Positions 37,358-47,599 of a DNA stretch of 64,000 nt are shown piece by piece (position 1 is the stretch's first letter; the number at the start of each line of letters is the position of its first letter). The notes below the pieces were generated by a model. It was not told where the DNA came from. It ran no database searches and worked only from the letters and a program-made list of their open reading frames with translations. This DNA is from Candidatus Omnitrophota bacterium. GTDB lineage: Bacteria > Omnitrophota > Gorgyraeia > 2-01-FULL-45-10. A program made the translations under genes and the position numbers. The stretch covers positions 92,730 through 156,729 of the forward strand of contig CAIMPC010000007.1 of the NCBI GenBank assembly GCA_903843285.1, written 5' to 3'.

Positions 37358-38788
37358 ATGGATAGAGATAATTATAAAATCCTATTGGTTTCATTTTACA
37401 ATGATGAAGCGTACGGATTAAGACAGCTGCACGCTATCCTGTCTAATCGAGGTTACGATGCGAGAATGTTGTTTGCTAAGAACAGAATCCAGGATTGTTT
37501 TACAGGCCAATTGAATAATGTGACACCTAAAGAAGAATCGCTCTTGGCCGACTTTATTATAAAATTTAAACCAGATGTAATTGGATTCAGCCTGGTATCT
37601 TCCAATTTCTCATTGTATAAAAGAATTTTTAAAAGGATTCGCGCGCTTGGAAACTTTAAGATAATACTTGGTGGCTGGCAAGCAACGCTGAATCCCGAGA
37701 ATAGCTTAGAATACGCGGATATAGTATGCATAGGGGAAGGGGAAGATACTCTCTCCGAGACTATAGAACTGCTATATAGCGCCCAGCCCATCAATAACGT
37801 AAAGAATTTATGCTTTAAAGCTGACGGGAAGATCATAAAAAATCCAGTCCGCCCCCTCGTCCAGGACCTCAGCTTATATCCCGTGCATGTTTTTAATAAT
37901 AGCGTAGCTTACTTTATTGAGAGTGATGAAATCGTTCAGAAGGATCCATATTTTGATAATACTCGCTACGGTACAATGATAGGAAGGGGCTGCCCCTATA
38001 GTTGCACCTATTGCTCTAATTCCTTTATGGCTGAGCATATTTACCCCGGCCATTGGTCCAGGATGCGCTATAGAAGCGTTGACCACGTAATGCTTGAATT
38101 AAGAGGTGCGAAAAAGAATCTGCCAAAGCTAGAGCGTATTAATTTTTACGACGAAGTATTTTTACCAAAGATGGATTGGGCTAAAGAATTTGTCTACAAA
38201 TATAAAGAGGAGATAGCGTTGCCGTTCTATTGTATGTTCTATCCGGGAACATGCAGTGATGATATGGCAAAGTTATTAAAATCATCATTATTGGCCGGAG
38301 TTTGGCTTGGCATTCAATCCGGTTCCGAAAGGGTAAGAAGGGAAGTATTTAAAAGAAACTACTCGAACTCCGTTGTTAGGGAACAGGTTAATATTTTTCA
38401 TAAATACGGCATACCCGTTAAGTATGATTTTATTTTCGATAATCCATTTGAGACGTTTGAGGAATCATTGGAAAGTATTAGCCTGTTATTGGATTTTCCC
38501 GAACCGTTTTCTGTAAATTTATTTTCGCTTAAATATTTTCCAAATACTAAAATAACTGAAATGGCATTAGAGGCTGGTAAGATCAAAGAGAGGGATCTTA
38601 ACGATCGCTTGAACGCAGATCATCACAATATCGTGGTGCAGCATAATAATGACGAAGATAGAGATTTCGTTAATAATTTGACAAAGCATATTTCAGCACT
38701 TGCTGCACAATCAAAAGTAAAAGATGAAAAGGCGAGGATCATAGATACAATCGACAGGTACAGAAATCGAAAGAAGCGTGTTCCATAG
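37358..38788 (+). CDS. Cobalamin-binding radical SAM protein (5 of 8)
   Basis: LGGWQAT, GEGE, GRGCPYSCTYC, GIQSGS. Confidence 0.9.
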   Translation: MDRDNYKILLVSFYNDEAYGLRQLHAILSNRGYDARMLFAKNRIQDCFTGQLNNVTPKEESLLADFIIKFKPDVIGFSLVSSNFSLYKRIFKRIRALGNFKIILGGWQATLNPENSLEYADIVCIGEGEDTLSETIELLYSAQPINNVKNLCFKADGKIIKNPVRPLVQDLSLYPVHVFNNSVAYFIESDEIVQKDPYFDNTRYGTMIGRGCPYSCTYCSNSFMAEHIYPGHWSRMRYRSVDHVMLELRGAKKNLPKLERINFYDEVFLPKMDWAKEFVYKYKEEIALPFYCMFYPGTCSDDMAKLLKSSLLAGVWLGIQSGSERVRREVFKRNYSNSVVREQVNIFHKYGIPVKYDFIFDNPFETFEESLESISLLLDFPEPFSVNLFSLKYFPNTKITEMALEAGKIKERDLNDRLNADHHNIVVQHNNDEDRDFVNNLTKHISALAAQSKVKDEKARIIDTIDRYRNRKKRVP

Positions 38789-38832
38789 ATAATTAAAGAG
38801 ATGCTTTCGCAAAGCACGAAAGGAGAGGTAGT

Positions 38833-39684
38833 ATGGCTGTATTTATCATTGCGGAGATAGGGATTAATCATAACGGAGACTTGGCTATTGCTAAAAAACT
38901 GATAGATGTGGGGGTTTTCGCCGGTTGCGATGCAGTAAAATTCCAGAAACGAACAATAGATAAAGTATACAGCAAAGAGGAGCTCGATCGTCCCAGGGAA
39001 AGCCCGTGGGGGAAGACCAATCGTGACCAGAAAATAGGCCTGGAATTCGGCAGAAAAGGATACGATGAGATCGACAGATACTGCAAAGAGAAGAAGATGC
39101 CATGGTTTGCTTCCGCATGGGATATAGATAGCCAGCTCTTTCTGAGGCAATATGATTTAAAGTATAATAAGGTAGCATCGGCAATGCTTACGCATATAAA
39201 TCTATTAAATATGATAGCTGAGGAAAAGAAATACACTTTTATTTCGACCGGAATGAGCACGCTGGAGCAGATCGATGGAGCGGTAGAGATATTCCGTAAG
39301 GCAGGATGTCCGTTTGAGCTAATGCATTGCAAGTCAACCTATCCCATGGATGACGAGGATGCGAATCTCGCTTCTATAAATACGTTGAGGGAGCGCTATG
39401 GATGCAAAATCGGATATAGCGGGCATGAGGTTGGGTTAGCAGTATCTTACGCAGCCACTGCCCTAGGTATAACATCCCTGGAAAGGCATATAACTCTGGA
39501 TAGGGCGATGTATGGTTCCGATCAAGCGGCCTCTGTGGAGCCTATGGGATTTTACTTATTGGTTGGGGCTGTGCGTAAAATCGAAAAAGCTATTGGTGAT
39601 GGTAAAATTTATGTGCAGCCAAAAGAGGTGCCGATAGCTCTTAAGTTACGCTCGCATATCCCCTGGAGCGATGCTCGCGTCTAA
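38833..39684 (+). CDS. neuB: Second, short NeuB-family synthase (no SAF domain)
   Basis: IAEIGINHNG, KFQKR, ISTGMS, GYSGHE, ERHITLDRAMYGSDQ. 283 aa. Confidence 0.88.
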   Translation: MAVFIIAEIGINHNGDLAIAKKLIDVGVFAGCDAVKFQKRTIDKVYSKEELDRPRESPWGKTNRDQKIGLEFGRKGYDEIDRYCKEKKMPWFASAWDIDSQLFLRQYDLKYNKVASAMLTHINLLNMIAEEKKYTFISTGMSTLEQIDGAVEIFRKAGCPFELMHCKSTYPMDDEDANLASINTLRERYGCKIGYSGHEVGLAVSYAATALGITSLERHITLDRAMYGSDQAASVEPMGFYLLVGAVRKIEKAIGDGKIYVQPKEVPIALKLRSHIPWSDARV

Positions 39685-39719
39685 TCAGTTATAAGACCTA
39701 TAACAGTCAGGATGACCTT

Positions 39720-40460
39720 ATGGTTTATGGAATTGTGCCGGCCCGGGGCGGGTCCAAGGGTGTACCGGGCAAGAATATAAAGCTATTAGGCGGATATCCG
39801 CTGATCGCTTACTCTATAGCGGCGTCTAAAATGGCTGGGTCCATCTCCAGGACTATAGTTTCAACAGATTCCGCGGAGATCGCAGATATCGCAAAAAAAT
39901 ACGGGGCGGAGGTACCTTTTTTACGGCCGGCGATATTGGCCGGGGATAGATCGCCAGATATTGATTTCATCCTGCATGCGATAAATTGGTTTCAACAGAA
40001 TGAAAAAAAAGTCCCGGAATACTTCGTTCATCTTAGGCCGACGACTCCTTTAAGAGACCCGGCTATAATAGATCGGGCGATCAAAGAGATGAAGAGTAGC
40101 GGTGACGCAACTTCATTGCGCTCCGGTCATCCGGCACCTGAGTCGCCGTTCAAGTGGTTCCTGCGCGATGCGCATGGTTATTTCAAAGGGATTTTGCCTG
40201 AGTACTCCAATGATTTTATCAATTTACCAAGGCAGTCCTTTCCCATCGTATATATTCCCGACGGTTATGTGGACGTATTAAAGACACCCTTTATAATCGG
40301 TTCAAATACCCTTCACGGGGACAAGATGATCGGCTTTATTTCGCCGTTCTGCGTCGAAGTTGATAGTGCTGAAGAGTTCGCGTTTCTGGAACTGGAGATA
40401 CAGAAAGGCTGTAACGCTGTTTACATGTATTTAAAGGCAAATTTTCCAAAGGAGATTTAA
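39720..40460 (+). CDS. neuA: Acylneuraminate cytidylyltransferase family (CMP-NulO synthetase 2)
   Basis: PARGGSKGVPGKN, LRPTTPLR, PRQSFP, EVDS. Confidence 0.87.
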   Translation: MVYGIVPARGGSKGVPGKNIKLLGGYPLIAYSIAASKMAGSISRTIVSTDSAEIADIAKKYGAEVPFLRPAILAGDRSPDIDFILHAINWFQQNEKKVPEYFVHLRPTTPLRDPAIIDRAIKEMKSSGDATSLRSGHPAPESPFKWFLRDAHGYFKGILPEYSNDFINLPRQSFPIVYIPDGYVDVLKTPFIIGSNTLHGDKMIGFISPFCVEVDSAEEFAFLELEIQKGCNAVYMYLKANFPKEI

Positions 40461-40462
40461 GC

Positions 40463-41848
40463 ATGGCGGGCTGGAATTTCAATGCTGATCCGACTAAAGT
40501 GCCGAAAGTAAATACCAAGTATCGTAAGATCGTCACCAGGCTGCCAGTGCCTGCAAGCGCTAAACTTTTTAAAGAACTGGAGCGGTATGAATCTCGTTCG
40601 ATGCATGGTCAGATGCCGGTAGTCTGGGATAGAGCGGAGGATTTCCAAGTTTATGACGGTTATGGTAACTGCTGGATCGATTTTACTTCGACCATATTTG
40701 TCGCTAATTCCGGCCATTCTAATCGACGCGTAATTAAATATATCAGGGAAACACTGGACAGAAGGCTGATTCATACCTACACTTTTGTAAGCAAGATAAG
40801 AGCGCGTTTTCTGAAGAAGCTGGTCGACATGACACCGTCTTTCTGCGAGAAAGCATTTCTTCTTTCTTCAGGAACGGAAGCTACTGAATGCGCGCTAAAG
40901 CTTATGAAGATGCGCGGACAAACGATTGCCAGATCAAAGACCGGCATTATCTCTTTTCGGGGTTGTATGCATGGAAGGACAATGGCTGTCGAGATGCTTA
41001 AAGGAGATGATAAGTCCTCCGAATGGATAGGGTATAAGGATCCGAATATATTTCATATGCCTTTTCCTTATCCGTGGCTTGCTGATGGTCGAAAAGATGC
41101 CGGGGTTTTCTGGAAAAGCCGTTTTAAGAAAGATATCGCTGATCTAAAAAATAATGGCGTACGGTTCGAAGATATATGCGGCATTATGATCGAATCTTAC
41201 CAGGGTTGGGGGGCTGTCTTCTACCCAAAGGAATATATCCGGGAACTTTTCATCTTTGCCCGAAAATATAATATACTAGTCACCTTCGATGAGATCCAGA
41301 GCGGTATGTGTCGAACGGGAAAACTATTTGCATATCAGCACTACGGCGTCGAGCCGGACTTACTTTGTCTCGGGAAGGGGTTAAGCGGAGGCCTGCCTCT
41401 CTCAGCAGTTATCGGCAGAAAGAGCATCCTAGACCTGCCGGATGTCGGCTCAATGAGCAGTACCCATTCTGCGAATCCGATATGCTGTGCCGCCGGTTTG
41501 GCGAATCTTGAGGAGATAGAGAGACTGGACCTGACCCGGGTATCCGCTAGAAAAGGCGCACTGCTTCATCAGAGACTGAAAAAGCTTAAGGCTAAGTTTC
41601 CCGATAATATAGCTCGTGTAATAGGTAAGGGTATGGTGGCAGCATTAATAGTGACCGATCCGGTCACTCATAAGCCGGATGGGCGCCTGGCCAGCATAAT
41701 TTGCGAAAAAGCCATGCAGAAAGGCCTTCTCCTTGTGCATACCGGCCGAGAGTCCATTAAGATAGGCCCGCCGCTGACAATATCGAATGATGCGCTCCTG
41801 GAAGGCATAAGCGTGCTGGAGGAGTGTTTCGCGGAGATAGAGAGATAA
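40463..41848 (+). CDS. Class III PLP-dependent aminotransferase
   Basis: SSGTEATE, MHGRT, FDEIQSGMCRTG, LGKGLSGGLP. Confidence 0.9.
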   Translation: MAGWNFNADPTKVPKVNTKYRKIVTRLPVPASAKLFKELERYESRSMHGQMPVVWDRAEDFQVYDGYGNCWIDFTSTIFVANSGHSNRRVIKYIRETLDRRLIHTYTFVSKIRARFLKKLVDMTPSFCEKAFLLSSGTEATECALKLMKMRGQTIARSKTGIISFRGCMHGRTMAVEMLKGDDKSSEWIGYKDPNIFHMPFPYPWLADGRKDAGVFWKSRFKKDIADLKNNGVRFEDICGIMIESYQGWGAVFYPKEYIRELFIFARKYNILVTFDEIQSGMCRTGKLFAYQHYGVEPDLLCLGKGLSGGLPLSAVIGRKSILDLPDVGSMSSTHSANPICCAAGLANLEEIERLDLTRVSARKGALLHQRLKKLKAKFPDNIARVIGKGMVAALIVTDPVTHKPDGRLASIICEKAMQKGLLLVHTGRESIKIGPPLTISNDALLEGISVLEECFAEIER

Positions 41849-41854
41849 AAATAT

Positions 41855-42283
41855 ATGATGAGCGTACGGCATGTTGGGATTGTGGTAAAGGATATGAAGA
41901 AGGCCATCCGTTTTTATGGGGATATTTTAGGCCTGAGGATAGCAACGGACGCTCAGGAGTCCGGAAGATATATCGGTACTGTCCTGGGGATTAATAATTG
42001 CAGCGTAAGGACGGTAAAGATGTCCTGCGGAAGCGGCAGCCTCGTAGAGCTTCTTTGCTATAAGGCAGGTTCATTTAAGGCTAGAAGAAGAGATATCCGT
42101 GCTCCGGGATACTCACATATAGCTTTTACTGTAGACAACATAAATTCCATATACAGGCAGCTCATAAGTAGAGGCATAAAATTTGTTTCCAGTCCCCAGA
42201 TATCTCCGGATGGCAAGGCAAAGGTTGCATTTTGTAGTGACCCCGAAGGTAATTTTATAGAATTAGTAGAGCAGATAAAGTAG
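41855..42283 (+). CDS. VOC/glyoxalase family protein
   Basis: HVGIVVKD, VELL, HIAFTV, DPEGNFIELVE. Confidence 0.88.
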   Translation: MMSVRHVGIVVKDMKKAIRFYGDILGLRIATDAQESGRYIGTVLGINNCSVRTVKMSCGSGSLVELLCYKAGSFKARRRDIRAPGYSHIAFTVDNINSIYRQLISRGIKFVSSPQISPDGKAKVAFCSDPEGNFIELVEQIK

Positions 42284-42307
42284 AATATTTTTTAAAGAGG
42301 GAATAGA

Positions 42308-42973
42308 ATGCCGAAATATATTGATACGATTTATAGCGAAAAATTGAGACCATTTACGAAATATCCTTCACAGTTATGCGGATATCTATTTGGCAGGTTC
42401 GGCATGAAGAAGGGTGATAAGGTATTGGAGGTGGGTTGCGGACGGGGAGATTTTCTAAAAGGATTTAAAGAACTAGGGCTGGACGCGTATGGCCTAGATC
42501 GTGAAAAGACCGTATCTGAACAGTTGAACGGGATAGAATTGCAATATCGGGATGTCGAAAAAGAAAAGTTCCCATATGGGGATGGCACGTTCGATGTGGT
42601 TTTTTCCAAGTCGCTGATCGAGCATCTTATCGATCCGGGTAACTTCATGCAGGAGTGCCACAGGGTCCTGAAGCCCGGGGGAAGGATTATAATAATGACT
42701 CCAGACTGGGGAAGTCTCATGAAAATATTCTTCGATGATTATACGCATCGCCAGCCATACACTGTCTGCGCGGTTAAAGACTTGTTGAATATTTTCAATT
42801 TCAAAGACTCCGGATCCGAAATATTTTATCAACTGCCGATTATATGGAAATATCCGGCGCTGAAAACGGTGAGCCGTATTATAAGGTTTTTTGTACCTGT
42901 TACAACAAAATCTAGCATAAAGTTCATTCGCTGGTCTGTAGAGTTGATGATCCTGGGAACGGGAGTAAAATAA
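42308..42973 (+). CDS. Class I SAM-dependent methyltransferase
   Basis: LEVGCGRG, FDVVFSKSLIEH, RVLKPGG. Confidence 0.9.
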   Translation: MPKYIDTIYSEKLRPFTKYPSQLCGYLFGRFGMKKGDKVLEVGCGRGDFLKGFKELGLDAYGLDREKTVSEQLNGIELQYRDVEKEKFPYGDGTFDVVFSKSLIEHLIDPGNFMQECHRVLKPGGRIIIMTPDWGSLMKIFFDDYTHRQPYTVCAVKDLLNIFNFKDSGSEIFYQLPIIWKYPALKTVSRIIRFFVPVTTKSSIKFIRWSVELMILGTGVK

Positions 42974-42977
42974 TTCG

Positions 42978-43778
42978 ATGAAGTGTTTTAATGGACTCAC
43001 GACAGTTAACATTGAATTGACTTCCAGATGTAACAAAAACTGCTGGATGTGCGGACGAAGAAAGGTAGACCGTGAGCACCCGGAGTTACTCATGAAATAC
43101 GGGGATATGGATCTTGGCCTGGCAAGGTCCATAGCAAAGCAGCTGCCGGAAAGAATAGTCGTCCAGCTTCATAATAACGGCGAGCCATTGCTTTACCCCC
43201 ATTTTAAGAATGCAGCCAGTTTGTTTAAAAAACAGATCAGATGCATGGACACGAACGGTAAGCTGATCGTGGAGAAGGCTGACGAGATAATCGGTAATCT
43301 CGATACTTTGACGGTATCGATATTTGAAAATGATGAGGAATCCGATGAGCAGTACGCTCTTATAAAGAAGTTCCTTAAGTTAAAGGGGGATAGAAATCCG
43401 AATGTTATTATACGTTGCCTTGGAGATGTCAAGCTGGCTAAGTACAAAAAGCTGGGTTGCATCATCGCTACGAGAATACTTCATTCGCCATTGGGGAGCT
43501 TTAATTATGTAAAGAAAGATCCCGCTGTCCCCGAGATAGGCATATGCCTGGATTTTCTCAGTCACATGGTCATAAAAAGGGATGGTAAAGTTTCGACGTG
43601 CGTCAGGTTCGATCCTCTCGGATTAGGAGTCATAGGAGACGCTTCAAAAGAGAAACTCATAGATATATGGAATAGCTCCACTAGGAGAAGATGGTTAGGT
43701 CTTCACATCAAGGGGCAGAGGGATAAGATGCCCTTATGTAGCTACTGCAAGTTTTGGGGCGTGCCGACAGGGCGCTAA
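42978..43778 (+). CDS. Radical SAM/SPASM (twitch) protein
   Basis: IELTSRCNKNCWMC, GEP, C...DGKVSTC...CSYC. Confidence 0.87.
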   Translation: MKCFNGLTTVNIELTSRCNKNCWMCGRRKVDREHPELLMKYGDMDLGLARSIAKQLPERIVVQLHNNGEPLLYPHFKNAASLFKKQIRCMDTNGKLIVEKADEIIGNLDTLTVSIFENDEESDEQYALIKKFLKLKGDRNPNVIIRCLGDVKLAKYKKLGCIIATRILHSPLGSFNYVKKDPAVPEIGICLDFLSHMVIKRDGKVSTCVRFDPLGLGVIGDASKEKLIDIWNSSTRRRWLGLHIKGQRDKMPLCSYCKFWGVPTGR

Positions 43779-43794
43779 CCCGGAATTACAAACT

Positions 43795-45783
43795 ATGGGA
43801 AGTCGTGATATGGCGGATATTCTAAATATAAATAATAAATCAGTTTGCTGGGTTGAAAAACTGACCGTTCCGGACATTCTCTTTTTTTTGATCCATAGCT
43901 GTTTTGCTGATATAAAGGTAAATTACGACCAGAATCAGGTGCGTCCATCGGCTCGTAAGTTTCTCAGGTTATTAGAAAAATTACGGATAGGTGATTGCTT
44001 TTGCGCCGTAAAACTATCGCTTCATGGAGTTGACCGGGAAGGGTTCGCTTTATTCTATAAGGTCAATAATGATATCGAAGGCTGCATAGAGGATTTTTTT
44101 GCGCGGCATATTTCACGCGAGTCGAAGCGCTTTAAGGATATGCTTAAGTCCTATCTGGCTGGATACATAATAGGCAAATTTACTTTTATCGCTATGGTAG
44201 ATCATGAAATCTACTCAAAAAAACTGCCTGAAGGCCAAGGCAATCTCATACATCTTTCCAGGAGTCCATTCAATCACCTGATTCGTAATTATTATAGTGA
44301 CCGCGAATTTACTGTTAGCATGCCGTTCCTATCGTTAAGCGGTTTAACCTTTTATCTTAGACCTTTCTTTTATTTGGCTGGCGTTTTATTATGCAAAATT
44401 TTCAGTTTCAAAGTACGTAATAATATCACAGACATTAAGCCAGCCGTATGGGTTGAATATAGTCCAGGATATCTTCATTCTTTTTGGGTAGACCATATTA
44501 AATCAGGGGACTTCGATATTGTATATTATATAGACCGCCCTGATACGCCAACAACAAAAGAGATAACGGATGAGATAGAGGGCCGGGGATTGAAATGGGT
44601 TGACGCGCATCCTTTGTCGGTGCTTAAGATGGGCAGACTACGATGGTCAGTTATTATGGAGATGTTCAAAAAACTGTTTCATGTCTATCTTTCTAAGCCT
44701 GTGTGGTTGGGAATATTCCGATATGAGCACTATTATCTATCAGTGGCATATGAAGCGATATTTTCTCGTCACAAGGTGAAGGTGTTATTGCAACACCAGG
44801 AAGCCCTCTGGAAACAGGAATCGCAGGCCCTGGCGATAGAGCGTTCCGGCGGGATCATGGTGGGGTATCACTGGTCTGTTTATGCTTTCTGTCTGGTGCC
44901 TGCACATTTTTTCCCCCAACATGTTTATTTTGTATGGGGTAAATACATGGGTGAATTACTCAGTAAGAAGGGTAGCGCGTGTCGTTACGTGCTGCCATCC
45001 GGAATATGGATCGTCCCAGGTGATAAGGGCCATCAGGCTGGAGATCTTTTTAGCGATAATGTCAATTTTATTATAACCGTTTTTGATGATTCTGTAAGCT
45101 ACAACGTATTCCAATCTCCGGGCTCGTTGGCTGACTTCTATCTAAGGATCCTGAGTATAGCTGAAAACAACCCAAGGTTTGGCTGTATAATAAAAAGCAA
45201 GAATCCGCTCGATCGAGTGCTCATGTCGATTCCCTCAGGGAAAGAGATCAAAAAAAGGGCCGAAGCCCTAAGGATACAAAAGAGGTTGACGATACTTGAT
45301 TCTTCCGTTTCACCGGTTGTCGCGGCGACGCATTCAGACCTATCCGTAGGCTATAGCGTAAATTCAGCGTGTACTATCTCGGCGATAATATGTGGCTCGG
45401 CTGCTATTTGTTGGGATTGCGCAGGGTTTAGGAAGCATCCATTCTATAAGCACTCGGATCAGAAGCTTGTCTTCAGCACTTTGGATGAGCTCGAAGAAGC
45501 TATTTTGAAGTTTAGCAGGGGCGATAAGACTATAGGGGATTACAGCCGATGGAAGAAGTGCATAAATCATTTTGAAGATGTTGCTGGAATTAACCGTATA
45601 GCCGGTTTTTTGACGGACTATATGAAAGAGAACATGTCAACTGGTAAACCTGAGCATTCTCTGGATTTTGCGGTAAAGAAGTACCTGAATGAAAATAAAG
45701 TCGGTGACGATTTTTATGAACATGAAGATATCTGGAATAGTGAGATATTCACGGAATGTCAGGCGGGCATGAATGTTAAATAA
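43795..45783 (+). CDS. Hypothetical surface-carbohydrate protein, candidate GT-B ulosonate transferase
   Basis: 662-aa ORF with GYHWS, YFVWG, IIKSK and a GT-B-like C-terminal half. Located between NulO genes and the flippase. Confidence 0.5.
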   Translation: MGSRDMADILNINNKSVCWVEKLTVPDILFFLIHSCFADIKVNYDQNQVRPSARKFLRLLEKLRIGDCFCAVKLSLHGVDREGFALFYKVNNDIEGCIEDFFARHISRESKRFKDMLKSYLAGYIIGKFTFIAMVDHEIYSKKLPEGQGNLIHLSRSPFNHLIRNYYSDREFTVSMPFLSLSGLTFYLRPFFYLAGVLLCKIFSFKVRNNITDIKPAVWVEYSPGYLHSFWVDHIKSGDFDIVYYIDRPDTPTTKEITDEIEGRGLKWVDAHPLSVLKMGRLRWSVIMEMFKKLFHVYLSKPVWLGIFRYEHYYLSVAYEAIFSRHKVKVLLQHQEALWKQESQALAIERSGGIMVGYHWSVYAFCLVPAHFFPQHVYFVWGKYMGELLSKKGSACRYVLPSGIWIVPGDKGHQAGDLFSDNVNFIITVFDDSVSYNVFQSPGSLADFYLRILSIAENNPRFGCIIKSKNPLDRVLMSIPSGKEIKKRAEALRIQKRLTILDSSVSPVVAATHSDLSVGYSVNSACTISAIICGSAAICWDCAGFRKHPFYKHSDQKLVFSTLDELEEAILKFSRGDKTIGDYSRWKKCINHFEDVAGINRIAGFLTDYMKENMSTGKPEHSLDFAVKKYLNENKVGDDFYEHEDIWNSEIFTECQAGMNVK

Positions 45784-47599
45784 GATATCTTTTGTATTAA
45801 CAAGGAATGAAAAAAAAGGCCTGGCGGGTCTGGCTATTGGTTCGGTTCTACTCGCATTATCCGAGACCGTCAGCATAGGACTGATAATCCCTATAACCAG
45901 CCTGTTTATGTCGGATGGCCCGGTGGGGTCGTCCAAAGCGATCGGATGGCTGCAGGGGATTACGGGGCTTCATGACAGAACTGTTTTCCTGACCGTTCTT
46001 ATAGCCGTGACGATGGTGATATTTCTTTTTAAATCCGTCTATTCCGTATTTATGCTCCGCAGTCAATACGACTTCACGAGTGGCATTTACTGTCGTTTGA
46101 CCGGTAAGGTCATGTCCTCATATCTCTATAGCCCATATTCTTTTCATCTCAATAGCAATTCTTCTGTATTATTCAAGAACATGATAGGTGAGGTAGGTCA
46201 ATTCACCTCCGGGTTTCTGTCGCCGGCCATCATCATAGCTTCCGAATCCCTGGTGTTTATCGCCATTCTAACGCTATTAATGTACGTATATCCGGTAATG
46301 ACAATCGCTCTTGCCGCTATGTTATTTATGATGATGCTTTCCTTCAACTTATTTGTTAACCGTAAAATAAAGGATTATTCCAGAGAGAGGGAAACGTATA
46401 GTGAAGCCATATATGTGATGGCGAATGAGGCTCTCAGTGGCATTAAAGAGATCCAGGTTAACAGCGTACAAGACTATTTTATTAAAAGATTTTCGACCGC
46501 TACTAGGAAATACCAGGATAGCTTCACGAAATTCAGTGTTCTTTCCAACTTGCCGCGTTATATCATGGAGAGCGCGGTCTTCTTCATTATGCTGGCGGCA
46601 TTGCTTATCAGCCTTCACCTTCACAGGCCTCCCTCAGAATTGGTGCCTATGTTGACGGTTATGGGAGCGGCGGCTATAAAGCTTCTACCGTCGATCAACA
46701 AGATATATCTGAGCTACAATTCCATTAATTATTTTGCTAATAGCCTGGATGTTGTTTATTCGATCCTTAAGGATGTCGTTTCGCCCCAGACTGAACTCGA
46801 TGCGGGCGAACGCGCGGCTGATGGAGCAAAAGACGGTACTTCAGCATTCAGGCTCGCGGGCGCCGGATTCTCCTATAAAGAGGGTGGACCGTCCGTTCTC
46901 GACGGCTTAGATCTTGATATTCCATTTTTTTCCACTACGGCGATTGTGGGCGCTTCCGGAGCTGGCAAGAGCACCTTAATTGATATATTTACCGGTCTTT
47001 TGACGCCGACACAGGGAACCCTGTACTACAGGGGTACGGTTGTAAATGCGAGAAATCTTCATGAAGTGCGCAAAAAGATAGGGTATGTCCCCCAGAATAT
47101 ATTTCTTATTGATGATACTATCAAGGCGAACATAGCTTTCGGAAAGGCGGAGGAGGCTGTGGACCATAAACTGATCGATCAAGCCGTTCGCCTATCTAAT
47201 CTTGAATCATTTATCGGTGCGTTGCCAAAAGGGATAGACACACCGACAGGTGAAAGAGGTGTAAGGCTTTCCGGTGGCCAGCGACAGCGTATAGGGATAG
47301 CCAGGGCGCTATATCGTAATCCGGAGGTTCTGATACTGGATGAAGCTACGTCCGCTCTTGACGGCAATAGCGAGGCAGAGGTGATGGGAGCCATAAAAAA
47401 AATGAAAGATGCCGGTATGGCAGTCATTCTAGTGGCCCACCGTTTAAGCACGATCTCTAACGCGGATCTTGTATGCATTATGGACCATGGAAAAGTCGGT
47501 GCAAAGGGCAGCTTTAAAGAGCTGCATGACAATTCTGACTTATTCAATAAGATATTACACGAGAAAGACAATATGAATAAAAAGGCATCAGCTCAATGA
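45773..47599 (+). CDS. ABC transporter permease/ATPase (PglK/MsbA-like glycan flippase)
   Basis: N-terminal TM domain, GASGAGKS Walker A, LSGGQRQR signature, ILDEATSALD, AHRLST. Confidence 0.92.
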   Translation: MLNKISFVLTRNEKKGLAGLAIGSVLLALSETVSIGLIIPITSLFMSDGPVGSSKAIGWLQGITGLHDRTVFLTVLIAVTMVIFLFKSVYSVFMLRSQYDFTSGIYCRLTGKVMSSYLYSPYSFHLNSNSSVLFKNMIGEVGQFTSGFLSPAIIIASESLVFIAILTLLMYVYPVMTIALAAMLFMMMLSFNLFVNRKIKDYSRERETYSEAIYVMANEALSGIKEIQVNSVQDYFIKRFSTATRKYQDSFTKFSVLSNLPRYIMESAVFFIMLAALLISLHLHRPPSELVPMLTVMGAAAIKLLPSINKIYLSYNSINYFANSLDVVYSILKDVVSPQTELDAGERAADGAKDGTSAFRLAGAGFSYKEGGPSVLDGLDLDIPFFSTTAIVGASGAGKSTLIDIFTGLLTPTQGTLYYRGTVVNARNLHEVRKKIGYVPQNIFLIDDTIKANIAFGKAEEAVDHKLIDQAVRLSNLESFIGALPKGIDTPTGERGVRLSGGQRQRIGIARALYRNPEVLILDEATSALDGNSEAEVMGAIKKMKDAGMAVILVAHRLSTISNADLVCIMDHGKVGAKGSFKELHDNSDLFNKILHEKDNMNKKASAQ

